A DNA stretch of 63,712 bases, the filler included, from Trichomonas gallinae (taxonomy: Eukaryota): NCBI GenBank assembly GCA_008369845.1. It is 9 parts of 9 records of this genome, joined end to end, with 100 filler letters (N's around TTAATTAATTAA, not from the genome) between each part and the next. Parts side by side here need not be neighbours in the genome. Positions count along the whole stretch, not along the records: positions 48,147 to 62,326 come from MRSU01001379.1; positions 62,427 to 63,712 come from MRSU01001423.1; 7 more parts are not named here. The stretch is one strand, 5' to 3'. The position numbers and the translations under genes were made by a program. This document shows, in pieces, positions 54,847-63,712 of this stretch. Every line of letters begins with the position of its first letter. The stretch's first letter is position 1. The notes below the pieces were generated by a model that did no database searches, was not told where the DNA came from, and saw nothing but the letters and a program-made list of their open reading frames with translations.

Positions 54847-56898
54847 TTAATAAAAAGACTGTTTTCCTCGTTGTCTTGGCTTTGCATTGGTTTGTTCTTG
54901 TGTAGAAATTGATAATGAATCATTTCTCTGCAAATCACCATTTTCTTCTTCCTCTTCTTCATAACCGTTGATGAAATCATCGCTCATATCTGTTGCTTTC
55001 CAGGCTGATTTATTGAAATTAGATGTTTTCGATTCTGCTTTAGGAGGTGGAGTAAATTTGAATTGTATTTCTTGAGAATGATCAGCACTTGAGTCAGCTG
55101 GCTCTGAATCATCCATTACTTCGTCTAAGTCTACTCCACGCATTGTTATTGGATTGTCTAAAGCAACTGGTTCGAGAATTCCGCTGGATTCATCATTATC
55201 TGATACATGTGTGACTTTAACAGGCTTCATGACACTTGAATCGTTTAAGAAGTCATCACCATCACTTGGTGGAGGACCATCATCATCACTCGTGCGTTCG
55301 CTGATGAAATCGTTTGGATCTGATTCTTCTTCAGGTTGTGAGTCAGACATGGAAACTGGTTTGGGTTCTGGCTTATTATCTGATGATTTATCATTCTTAT
55401 CTTCAGGTTTTGGAACGATTTTTGGATCTGATTTATTTTCTGGCTCTTTTTCAGGTGGCGAATCGGATTTGGAAACTGGTTTAGGTTTAAACTTGTATTC
55501 TAGCTTTGGATCTATTGTTTTATCGTTTTTGACCTCAGATTTTGGATCTGATTTTTTCTCTGGCTTTGTTTCTGATTTTGGTGGAACATTTGCATCTTTC
55601 TTGGTTTCGGACTTTGTATCTGGACTTTTTTCGGGCTTTTTATCAGATTTAGAATCAATTTTTGTGTCTGGTTTAGCTGCAGGCTTTGGATCAGGTTGTT
55701 TGTTTTCAACTACCTGTTTATCAGTCTTTTTTGGTGTTTGATCTGTTTCTTTTTTCGATTTAGAATTTGATGATTTATTTTCTGGCTTTTGAGGCATTAT
55801 ATCAGAAGATTCAATAGAAGTTTCTTCCTCAGAATATCCGCTCAATATTATAACTCCCCCAACTTTCTTTATTTTTGGGCCGCTTTTCTTTTTCTTATTA
55901 GGAACAGGATCTGTTTGTGATACTGAAGGGCTGTGCAGTGAGTCTTCTTTTGGTGGTGTTGTAAATGCTTCGTTGTCTGAAGATTCTGATTTCTTGATTG
56001 TTTCAGCTCTTTTTCTTTTTATTGGAGGACTTGCGCTGATTCTCTTTCTTATTGTGACACGTTCCGGCGATGCTTCACTTGTGAATGCCTCCGATGATGC
56101 TATTGGAGGTGGTGGAGGAGGCGGAACAGTTTTCGCAAGTTTATCAAAATTATTATATAAATGATTGTTAGTATTTCTTGTGCGTTTTCCTTTTGGCTGT
56201 AAAGTGTGCCTCTGATTTTCGAATGTGTGATTGTATGATTGTTTCTTTTGGACTTGATCGATTTTAGATTCAAGCTTGGCGAACTTCTTTTCCATCCAAA
56301 GAGCCATATCATCTTCAGCACGCTGTGAAGCATTTAATGTTCTAAGATTGAGCTGATCTAGGATTGTAACGGTTAAATCATCATTTTCGATTTTAGGAAG
56401 ATGTGGTTTTGGCTTCACTTCCATCGAAGAATATTTAGGTTTATTCGCATTTTGGGTCATTTCGATAGTCATTGTCTTTATTCTTTCGTTTTTCACGCGA
56501 TTTTGTTGATTTAGATCATCAATTTGTTGTTTTTGCTGAGATGCAATAGCATAAACAGACGCTAGTTTGGAGTTTGCACGCTTGAGCTTCTTTTGAAGAT
56601 TTTCCTCGCGCGCAAATGAAAATCCGATTGTGTATTGAAGAATTGAAATTAATCGCGAAATTTGATCAAGATTTTGTGGCGCGAAAACATTTGCAGATAA
56701 AAAGTTAACAAGAAAATCGTAAAATTGTTGATTGTCTTCGTTGAAAGACTGCGCTGAAAGCGGCAACGAATCTGATAAAACCCAGTTAAAATGTCTTTGA
56801 TCTTTATCGTTACTAGAGAGAGTATCCTTATGTGAGACTTTCTTAATCGATTTCGATCTTGATGGATACTTCCACGGCGGAATCTTCAAAAAATCCAT
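54847..56898 (-). CDS. Protein with degenerate Dzip-like N-terminus, coiled coil and long K/P/D/S/E low-complexity region
   Basis: 683-aa ORF. FNW...ISRLISILQYTIGF followed by coiled coil, polyPro and KPE/KSD-type repeats. The Dzip-like call is weak. Confidence 0.7.
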   Translation of the reverse strand: MDFLKIPPWKYPSRSKSIKKVSHKDTLSSNDKDQRHFNWVLSDSLPLSAQSFNEDNQQFYDFLVNFLSANVFAPQNLDQISRLISILQYTIGFSFAREENLQKKLKRANSKLASVYAIASQQKQQIDDLNQQNRVKNERIKTMTIEMTQNANKPKYSSMEVKPKPHLPKIENDDLTVTILDQLNLRTLNASQRAEDDMALWMEKKFAKLESKIDQVQKKQSYNHTFENQRHTLQPKGKRTRNTNNHLYNNFDKLAKTVPPPPPPPIASSEAFTSEASPERVTIRKRISASPPIKRKRAETIKKSESSDNEAFTTPPKEDSLHSPSVSQTDPVPNKKKKSGPKIKKVGGVIILSGYSEEETSIESSDIMPQKPENKSSNSKSKKETDQTPKKTDKQVVENKQPDPKPAAKPDTKIDSKSDKKPEKSPDTKSETKKDANVPPKSETKPEKKSDPKSEVKNDKTIDPKLEYKFKPKPVSKSDSPPEKEPENKSDPKIVPKPEDKNDKSSDNKPEPKPVSMSDSQPEEESDPNDFISERTSDDDGPPPSDGDDFLNDSSVMKPVKVTHVSDNDESSGILEPVALDNPITMRGVDLDEVMDDSEPADSSADHSQEIQFKFTPPPKAESKTSNFNKSAWKATDMSDDFINGYEEEEEENGDLQRNDSLSISTQEQTNAKPRQRGKQSFY

Positions 56899-57438
56899 TT
56901 TTTTCTCGTTTTTCGAAGATTTGTCACTTTTCTAAAAAGTGCCAATAAAATTATCGATAATTAAGATCATCTCCTATCTACTGAAATCTTAATAACACCC
57001 CATAACTTTAACAACACCATGATATAATATGAAACGAGGAATACTGATATTATTGCTTCACTATGCCTGGAAGTGAATAATTAACCAAATTAAAAACTTA
57101 TCTCATGAAATTTCATGGCCACCCAAGGTAAACCCATATTATTTGTAAATATCAGAAAAAATGAGTCAGTACTGCTTTCTACGTTTCAATTTGTAGCATT
57201 TTATATGACAAATTAAATTTTATTCAAAAAATGATAAAGAATAAGTATCATAATGAACATTTATACTACAATAATAATAAACACACATTGTGAAATGGAT
57301 TTTCACTTGTATTTTATAAAATACCAAATATATATGGGCTAATACCAATTTCTTAATAATATATTTCTACATTTGGCTAGATCATGTAAATAAGCGCAGA
57401 TAAATAATGTAATATCGTCAATAATAAAATAATGAAAA

Positions 57439-58146
57439 TTAAGCTCTTAAACGCTTTCTTATATCTTTGTATTTTTCTCTTACAAGAGTTGTATTAGCTA
57501 CACCGAGTTCTGTTTCTTCAAGACGCTTTCTCAAATCTGTATTTAATTCGCGAGTGTGATGAAGCTTTTTTCTCAAGCGTAATATCTCATGCTTAACTGT
57601 TTCTCTTTCATCACACAGTTTAGAGACCTGATTTTTAAGTTCATTTATTTTTTCATCGCGTTTTTTGATGGATTCTTCAGCTTTTGAAAGATTTTCGTTA
57701 TACTGTGTAAGAAGTTTCTGTCCTGGTTCGTCTGATATGTATTGAAATTGATCTAAAATCTTCTGGTTTTCTTCAAGTAAATATTGCACGGCAATCTGCA
57801 TGCTTCGAAATGCTTTGTATGCTCCAACAGATGCGAAGTTCTTTGTGTCATTTTCATCGATCTTTGCTTCTTTAAATTGCGTTATTAAGTATTTAATTGA
57901 GTTCACATCTGATGATCTTTGCATTTTTTCGATATCTATTGATTCAGCAAGTTTCCAATTCATCATATTTGTAGGTTTTTTGCATACAAATCTGTCATTT
58001 TCTATTACAGGACGAGGAGCATAATAATTATTTGTGTAGGAAGGAACTGCGATCGCAATATTAGAAACATATGGTGATATATGAATTGTGCCACCTAATG
58101 CTGTAGGCACCCCATTGAAAATCGGATTTCCTACCTGCGGAATCAT
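57439..58146 (-). CDS. DZIP1/Iguana-like N-terminal domain + coiled-coil protein
   Basis: MNWKLAESIDIEKMQRSSDV...KAFRSMQIAVQYLL matches the Dzip-like_N pattern (W..L..IDVD....D...KLFRLAQL..EYLL). Confidence 0.75.
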   Translation of the reverse strand: MIPQVGNPIFNGVPTALGGTIHISPYVSNIAIAVPSYTNNYYAPRPVIENDRFVCKKPTNMMNWKLAESIDIEKMQRSSDVNSIKYLITQFKEAKIDENDTKNFASVGAYKAFRSMQIAVQYLLEENQKILDQFQYISDEPGQKLLTQYNENLSKAEESIKKRDEKINELKNQVSKLCDERETVKHEILRLRKKLHHTRELNTDLRKRLEETELGVANTTLVREKYKDIRKRLRA

Positions 58147-58399
58147 AAAAATTTTAAAAATTTACAAACGTCCATTTTTTTATTTTCTGATTTTAAAGCT
58201 AAAAATATCATATAGATACAAACACAAATTTATCTATCAGGTTTGAGATTCTATTTAGTATTTTGACATGTAAAGTTATATTTTGACAAGATGTTAAATT
58301 TCAAAATTAGAATTGAAGAATGAAAAATAAATTGATATTTAATGTCAAAGTATAAAAAACCATGAATAGTTTATTATAAATGGACACAATGGGTGGCTA

Positions 58400-60370
58400 T
58401 CACGCCATCCAATTGTTCATAGCCTGAATGATTGCGTTATCACGGTGAACATATGTGTAACCGTAGCCGCCTGGGTAAGAATGAGCAGATGGGTTGTAAG
58501 CCTGGACGTATGGTCTATCCTTGCATCCACCGCATGTTGTTGTGCACTTGTCACACTGTGACATGCCATCTGGAATGCCCATAGCACCATTAGCAGCCTT
58601 GTAATAGGAAGAAAGAACCATTCTGATTGGATAGTCTTCCTTGTTGTTATTTGCGCCGTTTGGATTTGTGAACAACTTAGTTTCGTAGTATCTATGTGTG
58701 TCTGGTGAGCAGCCCTTGAAGAGAACGCAGCCCTGGTCGTGCATGTCGCGGGATGATGAGCCTTCATTCTGTTGATCATGGTCATCATTCTGAATAACTT
58801 TGCGGCGGATATCGATAGAGCCGTTATCATTCCATGGTTCGGATGGATAACCTGACCACCAGATCTTGACCTTGAGGACTTCTTCGTCTGTCAGTCCAGC
58901 AGCCTTGAGCTTCTTTGTCAAGCCACCTGTGAATGAGTAGTCACCATCGCCTTGTACAAGCATCTGAGATTCACCACCTGTAAGAACTTCGAGCCAAGAA
59001 ATGAAGTCATCTGGAAGCCTACCGCCAAGTCCTTCCTTGACCTTTCCGAAGATAGCTGCTAAATCAGCTGGCTGGATGTGTTTGGCTGCATCAATTCTGT
59101 AGCCACTGAAGCCGATGGAGATAAGGTCGATCATGAAGTCAGCGATTCTCTGGCGGACGTAATCCTTAGATGTGTCGAGATCAGAGAGGCCAGAAAGCCA
59201 GCCGGAGTTGAGAATGTTTGGATCATTCCATGAGTTGAGTGCCTTGTCGCAGTGGAAGTCTTCTGGGCCATATGGGACACCTGGGAACTCGAGAACGTTT
59301 GTGCCTCTACCCGTGTTTGGATTGACCTCATATGTGTAAGCTGGTGTGTAGTATGGTGAGCCATTTTCATAAGCGGATGATGTCTTGTTGCCCCATGTTG
59401 TGCAGCCTGCTCCTGGATTCCTGTGGTTGGATAAATCATTGCCATTGCCTGTCATGTGATTGACGACAGCATCAGCGTATACACGAACACCATATCTTCT
59501 GCATGTGTTGATCATGTTACGCAACTGGTCTCTTGTTCCGAGTCTGCCTTGAAGTCTGTATGAAACTGGCTGGTACATGAAATACCATGGGTTCATCTCG
59601 TTGTTGAATGGCTGGTATGACATGACTTGCTCCTGGTGTGGGAAGATCTTGACGCCCATGTAGCCTGCATCAGCAATGAATTTGCACTCCTGTGCAATGT
59701 CATCATCTGCCCAGCCGAAAAGTTCGACGATTGCACCCTTCTGACCGTTCCTGTAGTTATACTTCCTGGAAGCGATTGGAGCTGCGTTCCACTGGAAGTC
59801 GATGCCATCGAGCTCGAGGACTTCACCTGTAGCAGCGATTACCTTAACCTTGAGGACTTTATTGTAGGATGAGTCAAATGTCTTTGAGTTTGAAGACTGA
59901 GCAACTCCATCGAAGTAGTATGTGAGATCGAGCTTCTTGGAGGTCTTAGTGATGATGTTGACTGTGCAGGACTTCATTCCTGAAGCGTACTTGAGCTGTG
60001 CGTAACCTGCGAGTGTGGACATATCCTGGAAGCCTGGTTTCCATCTGTCTTCACCACGTTTTGGTGTGTTCCATCTGTTGTTGAACCACTTTGAGTCCAT
60101 TGAGCTTGATGATCCTTGGCAAGACATTGATGGATAAACATCGCAACCCGAAAGTGTATCATATTGGTTTGAAACTGGAACTTTCTTCTTGTTGAAAGAA
60201 AATGTAAAGATCATTGTGATAACAACACCAAGTAAAATGCTGAATGCAACAATAAGAGCTAAATTAACCCACTTGTTTGAGAAGCAGCTCTTCTTCTTGT
60301 TTGATTCAGATGGCAACGAGTCCATGCCATCATTGAGTTCGAGTAAAGGATCACCTTTAACAGCGGACAT
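58400..60370 (-). CDS. Alpha-amylase (GH13) with N-terminal signal anchor
   Basis: YQPVSY, DAVVNH, GYRIDAAKH (nucleophile Asp), WLEV (acid/base Glu) and NDDHD; TM NLALIVAFSILLGVVITMIFTF. The first ATG is at 60370, after a sense-strand TCATT Inr. Confidence 0.93.
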   Translation of the reverse strand: MSAVKGDPLLELNDGMDSLPSESNKKKSCFSNKWVNLALIVAFSILLGVVITMIFTFSFNKKKVPVSNQYDTLSGCDVYPSMSCQGSSSSMDSKWFNNRWNTPKRGEDRWKPGFQDMSTLAGYAQLKYASGMKSCTVNIITKTSKKLDLTYYFDGVAQSSNSKTFDSSYNKVLKVKVIAATGEVLELDGIDFQWNAAPIASRKYNYRNGQKGAIVELFGWADDDIAQECKFIADAGYMGVKIFPHQEQVMSYQPFNNEMNPWYFMYQPVSYRLQGRLGTRDQLRNMINTCRRYGVRVYADAVVNHMTGNGNDLSNHRNPGAGCTTWGNKTSSAYENGSPYYTPAYTYEVNPNTGRGTNVLEFPGVPYGPEDFHCDKALNSWNDPNILNSGWLSGLSDLDTSKDYVRQRIADFMIDLISIGFSGYRIDAAKHIQPADLAAIFGKVKEGLGGRLPDDFISWLEVLTGGESQMLVQGDGDYSFTGGLTKKLKAAGLTDEEVLKVKIWWSGYPSEPWNDNGSIDIRRKVIQNDDHDQQNEGSSSRDMHDQGCVLFKGCSPDTHRYYETKLFTNPNGANNNKEDYPIRMVLSSYYKAANGAMGIPDGMSQCDKCTTTCGGCKDRPYVQAYNPSAHSYPGGYGYTYVHRDNAIIQAMNNWMA

Positions 60371-61584
60371 CGAAATAAATGAAGTTATCAATGATCATTT
60401 CAATGCAAATCAAACCACTTCTCAATTTTGGTTAAAACGATTATATTCTCCTGAAAAGTTGCCAACTCTGTGTTTTATTATAATATTACTCTCATGATGC
60501 ACACAAAACGATTTATACCCTTAAAATCAGTCATTCTCCTTAAAATAATCAGAAAAGCTATTTTCATTAATAGTCTTACATTTGATGTAATATGAATAGA
60601 ATAATAACAAGTGAGGTAAACCACACAAATGATTTTTTTCATTCCTCTACCGCGTCGTCAAATTTTTATGTTTCTCTCAAAACTGGATTTCAATGAACGA
60701 ACAAATGGATTGCTTACCATGTATAACAACAATTTATAGCCAAAATTGATGGAACGATCGTTTTCTATTCAAAATAAATATTCGATAATATCATTGTTTC
60801 AATCTTTGTACAAAGAACAGACTTTGATTTAGGACGTTTGACATTGTAAAGCATCGTATGACAAAATGATTAAGCCCGTAGAATTTGCCTGAAAAAAAAA
60901 ATTGATTCACCAGTAGATTGTTTTAGATGTAAGATAGAATTGAAGCCTTTGAAAGCAATAGTTGTGCGTACTTATATATTGCATGACTACAGTAGAATAA
61001 TAAAGTTTAAGCTATCTTAGTTTGAATCATAACACATCATTGAATAATGTTGATTTTTTTGGATGATCTAAAGCTAATTCAAAAAAATCATATCTGAGGT
61101 GTATATATAGCACACACTAACTTGTACAATGCTGTATGCAAAAAAATGCGCCAAAAACAATGTCAAAATACTGTTTTTCTCTCTAATAATTTAGGGATTT
61201 AGGATTCTTTTGGAATTTAGCTTTAATCTTATTGTTATCAAATGATATGACTAATTGTATTAATTTGCATTGAATCTTATGCCTTGTTTTTGTGTTTTAT
61301 TAAGATTCTGTTGATTTTTTCCGTTTTGATTATTTTTACAAGAATCTAACGATCCATAAGCATGGAATGCTTATTACACGACAAAATGATCAGTTTTGCT
61401 ACATTTTTTTCAGAATCGAAAGATAATTCTTTCAAATGAGCAAATACAAATTCATGTATGTGTCATTTATTTGTACTGTCGAATAATTAGTTGATTTATG
61501 CATGGTTTGGATGAATATTTTGTTTTTAAATAAATACGGTATAATTAGTAACAAATATGTATTCTACTATTATGAAAACATAAT

Positions 61585-61992
61585 TTATTGGATAAGTTTG
61601 CTGGAGTTTTCCAAATAATAATCAATAACATACTGAGCGTATAATTCTTTAGCGCGTTTGCTAGAAATTTCCTTAATATCGTCATATCCTCTTCCAACAA
61701 CAGAATATACAACACCATTTTCTGACATTCTAGCTCCAACGACTGCCTGAACGTTTAATGGCTTTTCAACCTTAGTAAATGTTTGAAAACGTTTTGATTT
61801 ATATTCTTTGAGCTTTTCGTTAGCGTTCTTTAAGTTTTCGAGAGGCTCCCATGTCGCTTCTTCTATTGGAAATCCTTTCCACTGCACTTTATATTGTTTT
61901 TTATAGCCATATATTCTTTCTCCGACGATTTTTTCTACTTCATATACTTCTCCGTACTCTGATGATTCCGATTCGTTTGAATAATCCGACAT
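61585..61992 (-). CDS. HP1-like protein (chromodomain + probable chromoshadow domain)
   Basis: YEVEKIVG..YKVQWKGF....TWEPLENL is a chromodomain. VQAVVGAR..NGVVY......D...ISSKRAKELYAQYVIDYY resembles a chromoshadow domain. First ATG is at 61992. Confidence 0.8.
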   Translation of the reverse strand: MSDYSNESESSEYGEVYEVEKIVGERIYGYKKQYKVQWKGFPIEEATWEPLENLKNANEKLKEYKSKRFQTFTKVEKPLNVQAVVGARMSENGVVYSVVGRGYDDIKEISSKRAKELYAQYVIDYYLENSSKLIQ

Positions 61993-61999
61993 ATAAAAA

Positions 62000-62242
62000 T
62001 ATAATGTGGGGATAGTAAAAATAAAGAGGGGAATGAAAAGTGTCAGCCCAAGGATAAACCGTGGGTATAAAGTCCTCAAGGAGAGTCGCAGGCTCTCAAT
62101 TTTGTAAAAGTGATCAAATTATTAAGGTTAGTAAATGAATAAAGAGGGTCTTAAAAATAATTTGAGGGGAGTTGAGAGGTTAAAGCGGGGGTATAAAGTC
62201 CTCTAGGATGGCCGGATTCTCTCAATTTTGAAAAAGTGATAA
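62000..62242. repeat. Two diverged tandem copies of a ~126-bp unit upstream of the HP1-like gene
   Basis: GGGTATAAAGTCCTC at 62063 and 62189. Both copies also share CTCTCAATTTTG.AAAAGTGAT and TAGTAAA..AATAAAGAGGG. Confidence 0.8.
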
Positions 62243-62266
62243 AAATTAAATGAAACATGAAAAAAA

Positions 62267-62326
62267 CGACACGAACCAGATTTGAACTGATGCGGGACAA
62301 GCCCATGGGGACTCTAATCCCACGCC
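62267..62326 (-). tRNA. tRNA-Ser (probably AGA), 5' part cut off by the contig end
   Basis: Reverse complement: GGCG-TGGGA-TTAGAGT-CCCCA, long variable arm (GGGCTTGTCCC), ATCAG-TTCAAAT-CTGGT, TCGTGTC-G. The long variable arm and discriminator G indicate Ser. The anticodon stem has one A-C mismatch. Confidence 0.75.
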
Positions 62327-62427
62327 NNNNNNNNNNNNNNNNNNNNNNNNNNNNNNNNNNNNNNNNNNNNTTAATTAATTAANNNNNNNNNNNNNNNNNN
62401 NNNNNNNNNNNNNNNNNNNNNNNNNNT

Positions 62428-63075
62428 GGAGGTGGAAGTGGCCAAATGCGAGGACATAATTATTATTACGCGGGGGCTGGTGGGGGTGGTGCATCCGATG
62501 TAAGAATTCTAGGGAAAAGCTTTTACGATAGAATAATTGTAGCCGGAGGAGGTGGAGGATCTGGTGAACCGCAATATCAAGGTGGTTACGGTGGTGGATA
62601 TATTGGAGGAATTGGACATACTTATACTTCATGTAGTAATTGTGCTAAATTTCCTTCAAATGCATCATCAGCTGGAAAAACCAATGATAGAAGTTATAGA
62701 ACAGACCCTATATTTGGAATTGGAGGTAGTAATAATAATACAGATAGAAATGAAATTTATGCTGGAGCTGGTGGAGGTGGTGGATGGTTTGGAGGTGATT
62801 CATCAGGATATCTTGGTTTTTCTGCTGCAGGCGGTTCGGGTTATGTTTATACATCAAATTCCTATAAACCTCCGGATTATCATATGTCTCCAGATTACAT
62901 GCTTACGAATGAGATACTCATTCCAGGTGTGCAAAAGGGAAATGGAGTTGTTACTATCGAAATTATATCTAAATCTCCTATTATAGAAAAGAATGAATTT
63001 ATATCTTGCCCTCATAAAAATATTTATACTTTTGGATTCATGTTTGAAATTTTAACGAATAAAAATGACTATTAA
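62428..63075 (+). CDS. 5'-truncated glycine-rich protein (GGGASDVR / RIIVAGGGGG family)
   Basis: GGGGASDVRI...DRIIVAGGGGGSG, GGGGGWFGG, GGSGYV and GNGVVTI. The frame is open from the contig start. Confidence 0.85.
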   Translation, partial: GGGSGQMRGHNYYYAGAGGGGASDVRILGKSFYDRIIVAGGGGGSGEPQYQGGYGGGYIGGIGHTYTSCSNCAKFPSNASSAGKTNDRSYRTDPIFGIGGSNNNTDRNEIYAGAGGGGGWFGGDSSGYLGFSAAGGSGYVYTSNSYKPPDYHMSPDYMLTNEILIPGVQKGNGVVTIEIISKSPIIEKNEFISCPHKNIYTFGFMFEILTNKNDY

Positions 63076-63575
63076 CCAATTGAATATTCATATTTAACAA
63101 AATTCATTATTACTGTTTTCAAAAATTATGATATTTTATATAAGCTGAGAATCATAAGACAGGTCTTACAAATTTAAGCTAATTAAAGACATTATGCATG
63201 GCAGTTTTCTATCAAATTTTTATCAAAATAAATTGATGTAATAATATTCTAAGAAAGTCAATCATAAGAACATAATTCATCATTGATATGTTAAAAATTA
63301 CTATATAAAATGGATTACTTCTATACTAATTAAAAAAATTAATTAAACATAATGCAGATTGCATAGATATTATGATTCAGAAAAGGTTTATTAGGGTCTA
63401 TATTGATAGATAACCTTCTACAGGCAGTTACAACAATCAAATCAGTCACAAAAGTTATAGAATTGTATTCAGTATTTTTTAATAAAATGTAAACCTATCA
63501 AATAAAAACGGGTTTTACACCAAAATAAAAAGGGGTCCGACAACAAAATTAATTATGATTCATTTTATGTGATGA

Positions 63576-63636
63576 ATATAAAAAATATACATCCACAAGC
63601 TGCGCAGCTCAAAAAGTGGATGTATATTTTTTATAT
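63576..63636. repeat. Perfect 21-bp inverted repeat enclosing a 12-bp palindrome
   Basis: ATATAAAAAATATACATCCAC (63576-63596) / GTGGATGTATATTTTTTATAT (63616-63636). The spacer contains AGCTGCGCAGCT (63598-63609). Confidence 0.95.
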
Positions 63637-63712
63637 ACTGTCCCCCGTTTTTCTGATGTCAGACAGCTTTTTCGATACGTATTCAATTTCTTGGGACCCA
63701 AAGTGGCAGGAC

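Noticed and set aside
62120..62140. TACTAAC on the minus strand as an intron branch point
   Set aside because: It lacks the trichomonad ACTAAC-ACACAG 3' splice context and an upstream GTAYGT donor.
8839..62426. Repeated TTAATTAATTAA flanked by Ns as a biological repeat or array
   Set aside because: Identical 100-bp spacers with stops in all frames are assembly linkers. ORFs containing X runs are artefacts, and neighbours across linkers (e.g. tRNA-Phe next to RPL35A) are not necessarily adjacent.

Overview
This is AT-rich eukaryotic DNA with compact genes and no visible introns. It is almost certainly from a Trichomonas-like parabasalid: it shows Inr/M2/M3/M5-type core promoter motifs, BspA, ankyrin and Myb family expansions, and trichomonad codon usage. 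The window is not one locus. Nine contig segments are joined by eight artificial 100-bp linkers (44 N + TTAATTAATTAA + 44 N), so adjacency across a linker means nothing. About 26 protein-coding genes or partial genes are present: a 2506-aa coiled-coil protein, a PPP phosphatase, ARMC3-like, a membrane-anchored NDP-sugar epimerase, an EGF/IPT protein, bromodomain-like, Atg18/WIPI, a tandem surface-protein family, two R2R3-Mybs, a kexin-like pseudoprotease, CCDC87-like, RPL35A, Emg1/Nep1-like, Nop53-like, DAG kinase, an ankyrin protein, an MdoB/LtaS-like transferase, a TOM1-like 7TM protein, two Dzip-like proteins, a GH13 amylase, HP1-like and a Gly-rich protein. There are also tRNA-Phe(GAA), a truncated tRNA-Ser, several pseudogenes and transposon-like remnants. 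The most interesting observations are: (1) a bacterial-type MdoB/LtaS phosphotransferase with an intact active site; (2) a recurring intergenic 10-mer, TTACATGTCA, that may be an undescribed cis-element; (3) two apparent pseudoenzymes (kexin-like and Emg1-like); (4) an HP1-like gene behind a duplicated 126-bp upstream unit; (5) a three-gene ribosome-related cluster; (6) a nested perfect palindrome near the window end. All family calls come from motifs recognised by eye; no searches were run.
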